Below, one piece after another: positions 1 to 7,206 of a stretch of 21,207 bases of DNA. The position numbers and the translations under genes are program-made. The stretch's first letter is position 1, and each line of letters starts with the position of its first letter. Source of the DNA: Polyangia bacterium (GTDB taxonomy: Bacteria; Myxococcota_A; Polyangia; Nannocystales; Nannocystaceae); NCBI GenBank assembly GCA_030424595.1, contig JAUHWG010000011.1, positions 257,130 through 278,336 on the forward strand, in the 5' to 3' direction. The notes beneath the pieces were generated by a model. The model searched no databases. It was given only the letters and a program-made list of their open reading frames with translations, and had not been told where the DNA came from.

Positions 1-1
1 G

Positions 2-625
2 GTCGCGCGAGGGCTGGTGCGGGGGACGCTCACCCGCTACGCGCCGAGCGTCGCCCCCGGCGAGTGGCGCTTCGTCGTCGGCGAGCACGGCCGCCCCGAC
101 ATCGACCCCGCCCACGGCCTCGGCGATCTCCGCTTCAACCTCTCGCACACCGACGGGCGGGCGGTGATCGCCCTGGCGCGCGGGGAGATCGGCGTCGACG
201 TGGAGGCTCGCGATCGTCGGGGGGACCTCCGCGGGATCGCCCATCACTTCTTCGCCGCGCCGGAGGTCGAAGCCCTCGCCCACCTCGACGGGCCGGAGCT
301 GGCGGCCCGCTTCTTCGACACCTGGACCCTCAAGGAGGCCTACATGAAGGCGCGGGGGATCGGCATCAGCCTCGGCCTCGGCCGCTTCTGGTTCGTCTTC
401 GGAGAGGACGGCTCGATCGCCGTCCGCTTCGCGCCGGAGCTCGGAGATGAGCCCGCCTCCTGGAGCTTTCGCCGCTTCGACCTCGGCCCTGCGCACCCGG
501 TCGCGCTGGCGCTGCGCTGGCCCTCCGGCTCACCCGTCCAGGTCCGACTCTTCGCGGGCGCGCCAGGGGAGCCCTGCGCTGGGTCGCGCCTGATCTCGGG
601 GAATAGGCAGGTCGTCTCGGCCTAG
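2..625 (+). CDS. 4'-phosphopantetheinyl transferase, Sfp-type (5' end lies outside the window)
   Basis: The frame is open from the window edge; the track ORF 17..625 begins at an internal GTG. The translation carries the three Sfp-type motifs: FNLSHTDG (motif 1), GVDVE (motif 2) and WTLKEAYMKARG (W/KEA motif 3). Third-codon positions are GC-rich. Confidence 0.8.
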   Translation, partial: VARGLVRGTLTRYAPSVAPGEWRFVVGEHGRPDIDPAHGLGDLRFNLSHTDGRAVIALARGEIGVDVEARDRRGDLRGIAHHFFAAPEVEALAHLDGPELAARFFDTWTLKEAYMKARGIGISLGLGRFWFVFGEDGSIAVRFAPELGDEPASWSFRRFDLGPAHPVALALRWPSGSPVQVRLFAGAPGEPCAGSRLISGNRQVVSA

Positions 626-698
626 CGGCCGCCTCGTCGGCACGTCGCGGCATCGCCCGCGATGGCGCTCTCACGCCCTCGCCCGCTATTGTCGATCG

Positions 699-2108
699 GT
701 GTCGTCCATCGCCACCCCTCCGGGCCCGCGTGTGTTCGCCGGCCTTCTCGCGGCGGCCGCCTGCGCACCGCCGGGCGGAGGCGACTCGGACACCACGACG
801 GATCCCACGGAGTCGACGCCATGCGATGAGCCGATCGGGCCGGGTTTCACGATCGCCAGCGCCGAGGCGTGGCACCGGGTCGATGGCGTCCCCTGCGGCG
901 ACGTCAACGGCGATGGCCTGGCGGACATCGTGATCGTCGCCGCTCACGACTTGGCCTATGTCGTCTTCGGCAAGTCTGACGCCGCTCCAATTGCGCTCGC
1001 CGACCTGTCCCCGGACGAGGGCTTCGCCATCACCGTGGAGGCGAGCGCCGACGGCGATGAGCTCGGCGTCTACTCGGTCGGCGACGTCGACGGCGACGGC
1101 TTCGACGATCTCGCGGCGACCCTCGCGGGCCAGGTCCGCCTCCTCGCCGGTGGCCCTGAGTCGCATCCCTGGGTGCTCCAGGCCGACGAGAGCCTCCCGC
1201 CTCTCCTGGTGGACGGGCTCGAGACCAGCAGCATGGACCATGTCTTCGCCGCTGGTGACCTCAATGGTGACGGTTTCGGCGACATCCTCGTCAACGACAA
1301 CACGGCCTACTTCAGCACCCACTACGTGATCTTCGGCGAGGAGAACCCCGGGTACCACTCTCGAGATGACCTCGCCGCCGAGGTCGGTGGGGCGGCGATC
1401 GTCGCCTACGGTTCGGTGCTCGCCACCGGCGACGTCGACGGCGATGGCTTTGATGACCTCGCCGTCGCCAGCTCGAGCGGGGTCTTCGGGCAGGGCTTCG
1501 ACGGCGTCGAGGTCGTCTTCGGCGGCCCCGCGATCGGCAGCCTTGAGTTCTTTGACGACCTCTGGCCAATCTTCGAGGGCTACTCGATCCGTCTGGACGG
1601 AGCGTACCTTCGGATCGCGGTCGACGGCGGTCGCGACGTCGACGGGGACGGGCGCACGGACTTCGTAATTCGCCCGGACATGCCGGGCGAGCCCGCCTGG
1701 ATTCTCTTCGGCCAGTCTGGCGTGGAGTCGGTCTTGCTCCCCCAGGATCTGACCGATGGGTCAGGTTTTTCTGTCCTCCAGGGGGCTGAGCTGGCCCATG
1801 GAAGGTGGCCGTACCTGCTCCAGGATCTCAACGACGATGGCCGCGCAGAGATCGTTGTGTTCGAGGGGGAGGAGGCGTACGTGGTCCGAGGCAAGGCCGA
1901 CCTTGCTCCGGTCGATCTGAGCGAGGTCGCCTCTGGGATCGGCGGCTACGCCCTCCGCGATCGTCCCTGGGCTCGTCAGGGGGCCGTCGCCTGGGCGGAG
2001 ATCGACGGCTCTCCGGGGGTGGACGCGATCGTCTCCGCGCCGGCGGTCCCTGGGGAGCGCTACGAGGCGGGCTGCACCTACGTCTACTTCGCCCCTGAGG
2101 GTCGCTAG
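699..2108 (+). CDS. FG-GAP (integrin-alpha-like beta-propeller) repeat lipoprotein
   Basis: GTG start. The N-terminal signal peptide ends in a lipobox-like LLAAAAC. Calcium-binding FG-GAP motifs recur at regular spacing: DVNGDGLADIVI, DVDGDGFDDLAA, DLNGDGFGDILV, DVDGDGFDDLAV, DVDGDGRTDFVI, DLNDDGRAEIVV. Confidence 0.75.
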   Translation: MSSIATPPGPRVFAGLLAAAACAPPGGGDSDTTTDPTESTPCDEPIGPGFTIASAEAWHRVDGVPCGDVNGDGLADIVIVAAHDLAYVVFGKSDAAPIALADLSPDEGFAITVEASADGDELGVYSVGDVDGDGFDDLAATLAGQVRLLAGGPESHPWVLQADESLPPLLVDGLETSSMDHVFAAGDLNGDGFGDILVNDNTAYFSTHYVIFGEENPGYHSRDDLAAEVGGAAIVAYGSVLATGDVDGDGFDDLAVASSSGVFGQGFDGVEVVFGGPAIGSLEFFDDLWPIFEGYSIRLDGAYLRIAVDGGRDVDGDGRTDFVIRPDMPGEPAWILFGQSGVESVLLPQDLTDGSGFSVLQGAELAHGRWPYLLQDLNDDGRAEIVVFEGEEAYVVRGKADLAPVDLSEVASGIGGYALRDRPWARQGAVAWAEIDGSPGVDAIVSAPAVPGERYEAGCTYVYFAPEGR

Positions 2109-2324
2109 CCCCGGCCTGTCCGCCGCTTCGCGATCGGGCGACGTGCGACGCTGATGAAGCATGGCCGTGCTAGGTGACCGATCCGAGCGCCCCGCGGGCG
2201 CGGTCGCGCGGGCGCCGTGGAGGAGCGTCGCTCCGCGCCAGCGTCGACAGCTCTGAGGCCGGTCGAGGAGAGGGCGCGGACGCCCCTGAAAGTCTGACCT
2301 TGCGGCCTCCACAGGGCTCGTCGA

Positions 2325-2352
2325 GACTCTCGCTAGACGGAGCCGAGAGTCC
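2325..2352 (+). promoter_or_regulatory. 8-bp inverted repeat (GACTCTCG ... CGAGAGTC) with the likely GGAG Shine-Dalgarno in its loop, ending 2 nt before the ATG at 2355
   Basis: The two arms are exact reverse complements and the loop is about 12 nt. The position suggests the ribosome-binding site can be sequestered. Coordinates are approximate (+/-2). Confidence 0.35.
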
Positions 2353-2354
2353 CG

Positions 2355-2939
2355 ATGAAGACCTGGAGCGCAGCATTTCTAGCCCTGGCCCTCGCCTGTG
2401 GCACCTCTGACGACGACACCTCAGCCGGCGCGAGCACGGGCGACGAGAGCACCGCGACCGCGACGGCGCAGAGCAGCTCTACGGGGGGCGATGCCAGCAC
2501 GGGCACCCTGACCGGCACCGGGGAGACAGACGGGACCACCGTCCCGACCGCGACCGACGCGACCGACGCGACCACGACCGACGCGACCACAGACACCGCC
2601 GGGACGGGAGGGACGCCGCTCCTGCCCTGTGAGGAGCTGAGCTTCGGCCTCAGCTGCGAGAACCCCCAGGCCGCGATCGGCTACCCCGCCTGCTCCGACT
2701 ACTTCGGCGACCTCACGGGGGTCGAGGTCACCTGCAAGTCCAACCCGAACGTCATCGTCAGCGAGTCCCCGTGCGCCGGCTACGAGCACTACGTCGGCAG
2801 CTGCATCTTCTACAACGAAGCGCTCCCGGACCGCTGCTACATCACCCATGTGGGCGCCGACTCGGCCGACCTCATCGAGGCTGGCCGCGCGTTCTGGCAA
2901 AACCCTGCGGTCTGCGCGAACTGGATCGACGGTCCCTAG
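2355..2939 (+). CDS. Putative lipoprotein with a Thr/Asp/Gly-rich linker and an 8-Cys C-terminal domain (hypothetical)
   Basis: ATG start. The signal peptide plus lipobox is FLALALAC-G. A low-complexity linker (TDATDATTTDATTDT) is encoded by a tandem nucleotide repeat. The C-terminal 100 aa carry eight Cys, consistent with a disulfide-rich secreted domain. Confidence 0.7.
   Translation: MKTWSAAFLALALACGTSDDDTSAGASTGDESTATATAQSSSTGGDASTGTLTGTGETDGTTVPTATDATDATTTDATTDTAGTGGTPLLPCEELSFGLSCENPQAAIGYPACSDYFGDLTGVEVTCKSNPNVIVSESPCAGYEHYVGSCIFYNEALPDRCYITHVGADSADLIEAGRAFWQNPAVCANWIDGP
2544..2600 (+). repeat. In-frame tandem repeat (gaccgacgcgacc units) encoding the Thr/Asp/Ala linker
   Basis: Direct repetition of gaccgacgcgacc / gaccacgaccgacgcgacc is visible in the sequence. 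Such repeats are prone to length variation. Confidence 0.5.
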
Positions 2940-2978
2940 GAGGCCGTCGCCAACGTGAAGGCGGACGACACCGAGCTC

Positions 2979-4745
2979 CTACTCGTCGTGGTCCTTACCC
3001 TCGACGATGTCGGTGAGCGACGCGGCGTCGTGGGAGTGGAACTCGCCGGCCTTGAGGCGGGCGAAGTAGCCGCGGTAGTGCTTCATCGCGATCGCGCCGA
3101 AGATCAGCATGATCGGGATGTTGACGATCAGCATCACGCCGGTGCCCAGGGTGGTGAGGTTGTCGAGCTCGGCGTCGGTCGTGACCAGGCCGACGGTCGC
3201 GAGGACGATCGCGGCGCAGTAGAAGAGCTTGTAGGGGACGACCCAGCGCTCGCCGGCGATGTAGACGACGCCCTGCTCGCCGTAATAGGACCAGGAGATC
3301 ATCGTCGAGAGGGCGAAGAGCCACGACGAGAAGAGGATCAGCCACTTGCCCAGGCCCGGGAGAACGCGGTCGAAGGCGTGGCTGGTCAGGGCGGCGCCGA
3401 CGTAGTCGCGGTAGATGTCCTCGCTCTCGAGCACCGGCGCGGCCGCGCTCTCGATCGAGCCCCACTCGACCCTCCACGCCTCGGCGGTCTCCGGGTCAGC
3501 GACCACATCGCCGCTGATCCGTTGCAGGTCGGTGCCGGTGCTGGGGTCGACGTCGCCGGCGCGGGCGATGGCGAAGACGGTGTCGCCCGCCTTCCACGGG
3601 CCGCTCACCGCCTCGGCCTCGCGGCTCTTGGCCGGGAGGGCCGAGCTGTCGAGGGTCCAGGCGTCGGCCGTCTCAGCGGCGACGAAGGTCGGGGTCTCGG
3701 CGAAATGAGCCTCGCCGTCGCGGTTCCAGGCGCCGCTGGAGAGGATCACCAGCGAGGTCAGGGTGGCGACGACGATCGTGTCGATGAAGGGCTCGAGCCC
3801 GGCGACGACGCCCTCGCGGACCGGCTCGTTGGTCTTCGCCGCCGAGTGGGCGATCGGCGACGAGCCCTGGCCGACCTCGCTGGAGAAGAGCGCGCGCTTC
3901 ATGCCCCAGAGGAAGGCGAGGCCGAAGGAGGCGCCGACGAAGGCGCCGCCGGCCTCGGCCGGGTTGAAGGCGGAGACGACGATCAGGCGGAGCATCGCCG
4001 GGATGGCGTCGAAGTGGACGCCGAGGACGTAGAAGGCGGCGATCAGGTAGATCGCGCACATCACCGGGACGATCCGCCCGGCGACAGCGCCGATCCGCTT
4101 GATCCCGCCGAGGATCACCGCCCCGACGAGGACCGCTTGGATCGCGCCGACCAGCGGCTGCGGGATCCCGAGGCCGTCCTCGGTGACGACCGCGACGTTC
4201 CAGGCCTGGAACATGTTGCCGCCGGTGATCGTGGCGATCAGGAGGGTGATGCAGAAGAGGACGCCGATGATCCGGCCGATCGGGCGCCACTTCGGGTTGC
4301 GCTGGGCGAGCCCCTCCTCGATCACGTACATCGGCCCGCCGTGGGGCTCCTCCGGGTCCTTGGTGTTCCGGAAGAGCATCGACTGGGTGACCTCGGTGGT
4401 CTTGAGGGCCATGCCGAAGATGCCGACGACCCACATCCAGAAGATCGCACCGGGACCGCCGAGGGCGATCGCGACCGCGACGCCGCCGATATTACCGAGG
4501 CCGACGGTCGCCGAGAGTGCGGCCGAGAGGGCCTGGAAGTGGTTGATCGCGCCGGGGTCGTCGTGGTCGTCCCACTTCCCGCGGATGACCGCGACCCCGT
4601 GGGTGAAGGCGTGGTACTGGCAAAATCCGCTCCAGAAGGTGAAGAGGACGCCGACCGCGAGGACCGCGTAGAGGACGAAATCGTGGAAGATGACGCCGTT
4701 GATCGCGCTGAGGACGTCGTTGAAGCTCTGGAGAAATTCGTCCAT
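2979..4745 (-). CDS. Alanine/glycine:cation symporter (AGCS family, TC 2.A.25) with an inserted hydrophilic loop domain
   Basis: The AGCS signature GGPGAIFWMW is present, along with multiple transmembrane segments and a conserved C-terminal LFALSTMISWSYYGEQ block. I place the start at the internal ATG giving MDEFLQSFNDVLSAING. The 18 upstream codons of the track ORF have poor GC3 and are probably not coding. Confidence 0.85.
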   Translation of the reverse strand: MDEFLQSFNDVLSAINGVIFHDFVLYAVLAVGVLFTFWSGFCQYHAFTHGVAVIRGKWDDHDDPGAINHFQALSAALSATVGLGNIGGVAVAIALGGPGAIFWMWVVGIFGMALKTTEVTQSMLFRNTKDPEEPHGGPMYVIEEGLAQRNPKWRPIGRIIGVLFCITLLIATITGGNMFQAWNVAVVTEDGLGIPQPLVGAIQAVLVGAVILGGIKRIGAVAGRIVPVMCAIYLIAAFYVLGVHFDAIPAMLRLIVVSAFNPAEAGGAFVGASFGLAFLWGMKRALFSSEVGQGSSPIAHSAAKTNEPVREGVVAGLEPFIDTIVVATLTSLVILSSGAWNRDGEAHFAETPTFVAAETADAWTLDSSALPAKSREAEAVSGPWKAGDTVFAIARAGDVDPSTGTDLQRISGDVVADPETAEAWRVEWGSIESAAAPVLESEDIYRDYVGAALTSHAFDRVLPGLGKWLILFSSWLFALSTMISWSYYGEQGVVYIAGERWVVPYKLFYCAAIVLATVGLVTTDAELDNLTTLGTGVMLIVNIPIMLIFGAIAMKHYRGYFARLKAGEFHSHDAASLTDIVEGKDHDE

Positions 4746-4867
4746 GGGCGGCCCTGTACAGGTCGCATGATGGCGGGCGAGGGCTCCTAGCGCAATCATC
4801 GCCCCGGCGCCCGCGGCGAGGAGGGCGCTTCGAGAGCAGGGCTGCCTGCCTGCGAAGCGGGGTCAGA

Positions 4868-4884
4868 ACCCTGTCACACAGGGT
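4868..4884. promoter_or_regulatory. Perfect inverted repeat ACCCTG-N5-CAGGGT about 125 bp upstream of the AGCS transporter start; candidate operator
   Basis: The palindrome is read directly from the sequence. It is followed by a (CTCACG)x3 direct repeat. Coordinates are approximate. Confidence 0.3.
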
Positions 4885-4954
4885 CCTCACGCTCTCACGC
4901 TCTCACGGCGGTCTCTTCGCTGCGCGAGCGCGACGGGACCCTCACCGCAGCCGC

Positions 4955-5965
4955 CTAGCGAGGCGTCGGAGCTTCGTCGGAGGCCGCCATCTTCGCCTCG
5001 AGCTCCTTCGCGTCCTTCGCAGACATCTTCGCGGGCTTGGGCTCGGGCTTGGGCTTGGGCTCGGGCTCGGGCTTGGGCTCGGCCCCGGGCGCGGGCTCGA
5101 TGGGCTTCACGGTCGGCTCTGGCTTGCCGAGCGTCGGCGCGTCCGGGCGGATCCCGTGGGGGACCTCGATCCGCTCGCCGACGGTGACCTTGCGGCCGAA
5201 GTGGATCGCCGTGACCTTCATGGTCAGGTCGCTGAAGTCCCAGCGGAGCTCCAGGCTTCGGCTCGGCGGGAAGAGGACCTTGCCGTCGGCGTCGCGCTCA
5301 GGGACCTCACCGCGGGTCGCGGTCGGCTCGCCAAAGCGGGCGGTCATCGCCTTCACGGAGTCCTCGTAGTCGTCGAGGGCGGCCGCGTGGTTGTCGTGCG
5401 AGCGCTGGTAGGAGACGTGGCGCAGCGGCAGCTCGTCGTTGTCGAAGACGAAGAGGAGGCGGCCGCGGGACTTCACGCGCTCGCGATCGCCGATGGTGTC
5501 GGAGTTCACCGAGGGGCAGGAGAAGCGGACCTGCGGGTTCTTCTCGCGCTTGCTCTTCTTCTTCATCCACGAGGCGGAGGAGACCGCGTCTTCGCCCTTC
5601 TCCGCCTGCTTCTCGCGCTCCGCCTCGCGCTTGGCCTCCATCATCGCTCGGATCGAGGTGTCCTTGCAGGTGAAGCCCTTGGCCTCGACGTAGGCCTTGA
5701 CGTCGGCGTAGCTGGAGCGGCCGATCTCCGCGCCGAAGGCCGCGGCCTCCGGGGCGCGCGGGCCTGGATCAGGGTCGCGGAACTCGAGCGGAGCGGCGAT
5801 CTCCTCGAAGAGCTTGCCGCCCTTCGCCTTGGTCTCCGCGGCGGGCTCGGCCGCCTCCTGGCTCCCCGAGCCGGCGCTCTCCGGGTCGCTGCGGGCGCAG
5901 GAGGGCGCGACAGCGAACGCGAGGGTCAGGGCGAGGAGGGGTCGTATCGACGGGTGCAGGGGCAC
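4955..5965 (-). CDS. Putative lipoprotein with a C-terminal Pro-Glu-Pro-Lys (PEPK) repeat tail (hypothetical)
   Basis: The N-terminus is a signal peptide LLALTLAFAVAPSC. The C-terminus reads KPEPEPKPKPEPKPAK and is encoded by a hexanucleotide microsatellite. Third-codon positions are GC-rich. I recognised no conserved catalytic motif. Confidence 0.65.
   Translation of the reverse strand: MPLHPSIRPLLALTLAFAVAPSCARSDPESAGSGSQEAAEPAAETKAKGGKLFEEIAAPLEFRDPDPGPRAPEAAAFGAEIGRSSYADVKAYVEAKGFTCKDTSIRAMMEAKREAEREKQAEKGEDAVSSASWMKKKSKREKNPQVRFSCPSVNSDTIGDRERVKSRGRLLFVFDNDELPLRHVSYQRSHDNHAAALDDYEDSVKAMTARFGEPTATRGEVPERDADGKVLFPPSRSLELRWDFSDLTMKVTAIHFGRKVTVGERIEVPHGIRPDAPTLGKPEPTVKPIEPAPGAEPKPEPEPKPKPEPKPAKMSAKDAKELEAKMAASDEAPTPR
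5031..5100. repeat. Hexanucleotide microsatellite (gggctt/gggctc)n encoding the PEPK tail
   Basis: About 10 consecutive 6-nt units are visible on the + strand between roughly 5037 and 5095. Confidence 0.6.
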
Positions 5966-6082
5966 AGCGGCGATACCCTAGGCGATCGGTTGGGATCGCG
6001 CTAGTAGGCCCTAGTGGGGCGAGGTCCTCACCCCAGTCCGCCAGGCGCGAACTCGCCCCTCGCTCGAGTGCCGCGGGAGCGC

Positions 6083-6592
6083 TCAGCCCGGGTACTTGGG
6101 GGGTGTTTGGCTGAGGACGATCCGCGCCGCCGCGATCGCCTCCCGCAGATCCGGATCGGAGACCGCGTGGATCGCAGCGGCGGTGCCCTCGGAGGGCTGC
6201 GCGGGGAGGGGCGGCGCGCGATCGGGGAAGATCACCTTCGGCTCGAAGGGGGCGGGCGGGGGCCGCTCGCGGCGTGCTAGGCGGAGGCGCACCGACTTGA
6301 GGTCGGTGTTGGGCGCGAGCTCTGTGAGCTTTCCGATCAGGGCCTGGCGCATGTACGTCAGCTCGTGTAGCCACTGAGAGTCGTGCACCGCGATAATCGC
6401 CTCATGCCCCGAGACCGCCTCCGGCCAGGCGTGGCTCGCCAGCGCCTCGCCGGCGACCTGGGGCCAGACGTCGCGGAGCTGGTAGAGGCGAATCTTGTCG
6501 CTCGGGACGTAGGAGCGGATCCAGTTCCAGATCCCGTCGGAGATCGGACGGGGCCTGCCGCGGATGTTCCTGCGTCGACGCCGTCGGGCCAT
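6083..6592 (-). CDS. DUF721 / DciA-like protein
   Basis: The segment DVWPQVAGEALASHAWPEAVSGHEAIIAVHDSQWLHELTYMRQALIGKL fits the DUF721 pattern W..v.Ge.la.H..P..l..g.L.v.v.ds.W..EL......l..kL. I take the start at the internal MARRRRR; the track start at 6631 is also possible. Confidence 0.6.
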   Translation of the reverse strand: MARRRRRRNIRGRPRPISDGIWNWIRSYVPSDKIRLYQLRDVWPQVAGEALASHAWPEAVSGHEAIIAVHDSQWLHELTYMRQALIGKLTELAPNTDLKSVRLRLARRERPPPAPFEPKVIFPDRAPPLPAQPSEGTAAAIHAVSDPDLREAIAAARIVLSQTPPKYPG

Positions 6593-6730
6593 CGCCCGCG
6601 AGCATGCCACAGGCGAGGGGCGGTCGACCATCCGCCGGCATCGCGGTTCTCGCGGTCCTCGCGGTGGTCGTGCTCGTCGCGGTGGTCGCGGGCCTCGCGG
6701 TGGTCGTGCTCCTCCTCGGGTCGGGGGTCT

Positions 6731-7111
6731 TTGTGGACCGTCGCGCTCGCCCTCCTGCTCGCCCCTTCGACCCTCGCCTGCGCGCCGGCTCAGGGCTGGG
6801 CGCCGTCGGGACAGCGGACCTGCGCCCGCGAGACCCCGGCGATGATCTGCGCCGAGGTCGTCCCCGACAGGCCGCTCCGCTTCGACCTCGGCGGGACCTC
6901 GATCGTCCCCGGCGAGTGCGCCCAGGCCCCAGCCAAGGGCGGGCTCCTCCGGATCGCCGTCGACGACGGCCGCAGCGGTGGGGACGACTATCGCTGGATC
7001 CGGGCGCCGCGCGGGCGGGTTACCTGGGTCAGCGTCCGTGACGATCGGCTCTGGCTCCGGGTCGACCGACGTCAGCGCTGCGATCGCGAGCCCTTCGCCG
7101 GCGCGGAGTAG
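6731..7111 (+). CDS. Small secreted four-Cys protein (hypothetical). Start uncertain: TTG at 6731, or a fusion with the upstream frame through a frameshift.
   Basis: About 90% of third-codon positions are G/C across some 125 codons of this frame. This frame is contained in the implausible track ORF 6383..7111. The product begins with a signal-like LWTVALALLLAPSTLACAPA and continues into a 105-aa domain with four Cys. No competing coding frame exists on either strand. Confidence 0.45.
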   Translation: MWTVALALLLAPSTLACAPAQGWAPSGQRTCARETPAMICAEVVPDRPLRFDLGGTSIVPGECAQAPAKGGLLRIAVDDGRSGGDDYRWIRAPRGRVTWVSVRDDRLWLRVDRRQRCDREPFAGAE

Positions 7112-7172
7112 CAGCTAGGAGTTGGAGTCGGCGGCGAGGACCCTCGCGATGCGCTCCTCGCAGCCTGTGGCA

Positions 7173-7206
7173 GGAGTCCCGTGTGCTCTCGCTTGCCCTC
7201 GTTGGC
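7173..7206 (+). repeat. Dispersed intergenic repeat, copy a (GGAGTCCCGTGTGCTCTCGCTTGCCCTCGTTGGCC)
   Basis: Shares the core AGTCCCGYGYGCTCTCGC plus the flank with five other copies. Lies between convergent gene ends. Confidence 0.55.

Noticed and set aside
2955-4790. 611-aa plus-strand ORF opposite the AGCS transporter, and 3673..4434 minus in another frame
   Set aside because: The translation is highly acidic and Gly/Arg-rich with no hydrophobic helices. It is the mirror image of a real membrane-protein gene.
4746-4954. Glycine riboswitch upstream of the AGCS symporter
   Set aside because: The conserved aptamer motifs cannot be found by eye on the minus-strand leader. Only a palindrome and hexamer repeats are present.
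6657-6712. Possible 37-bp tandem duplication causing the frame switch in the small ORF leader
   Set aside because: On recounting, the repeated 18-mer ctcgcggtggtcgtgctc recurs with a 36-nt period, which is in frame. The duplication therefore does not explain the frame change. The G5 run remains the candidate site.
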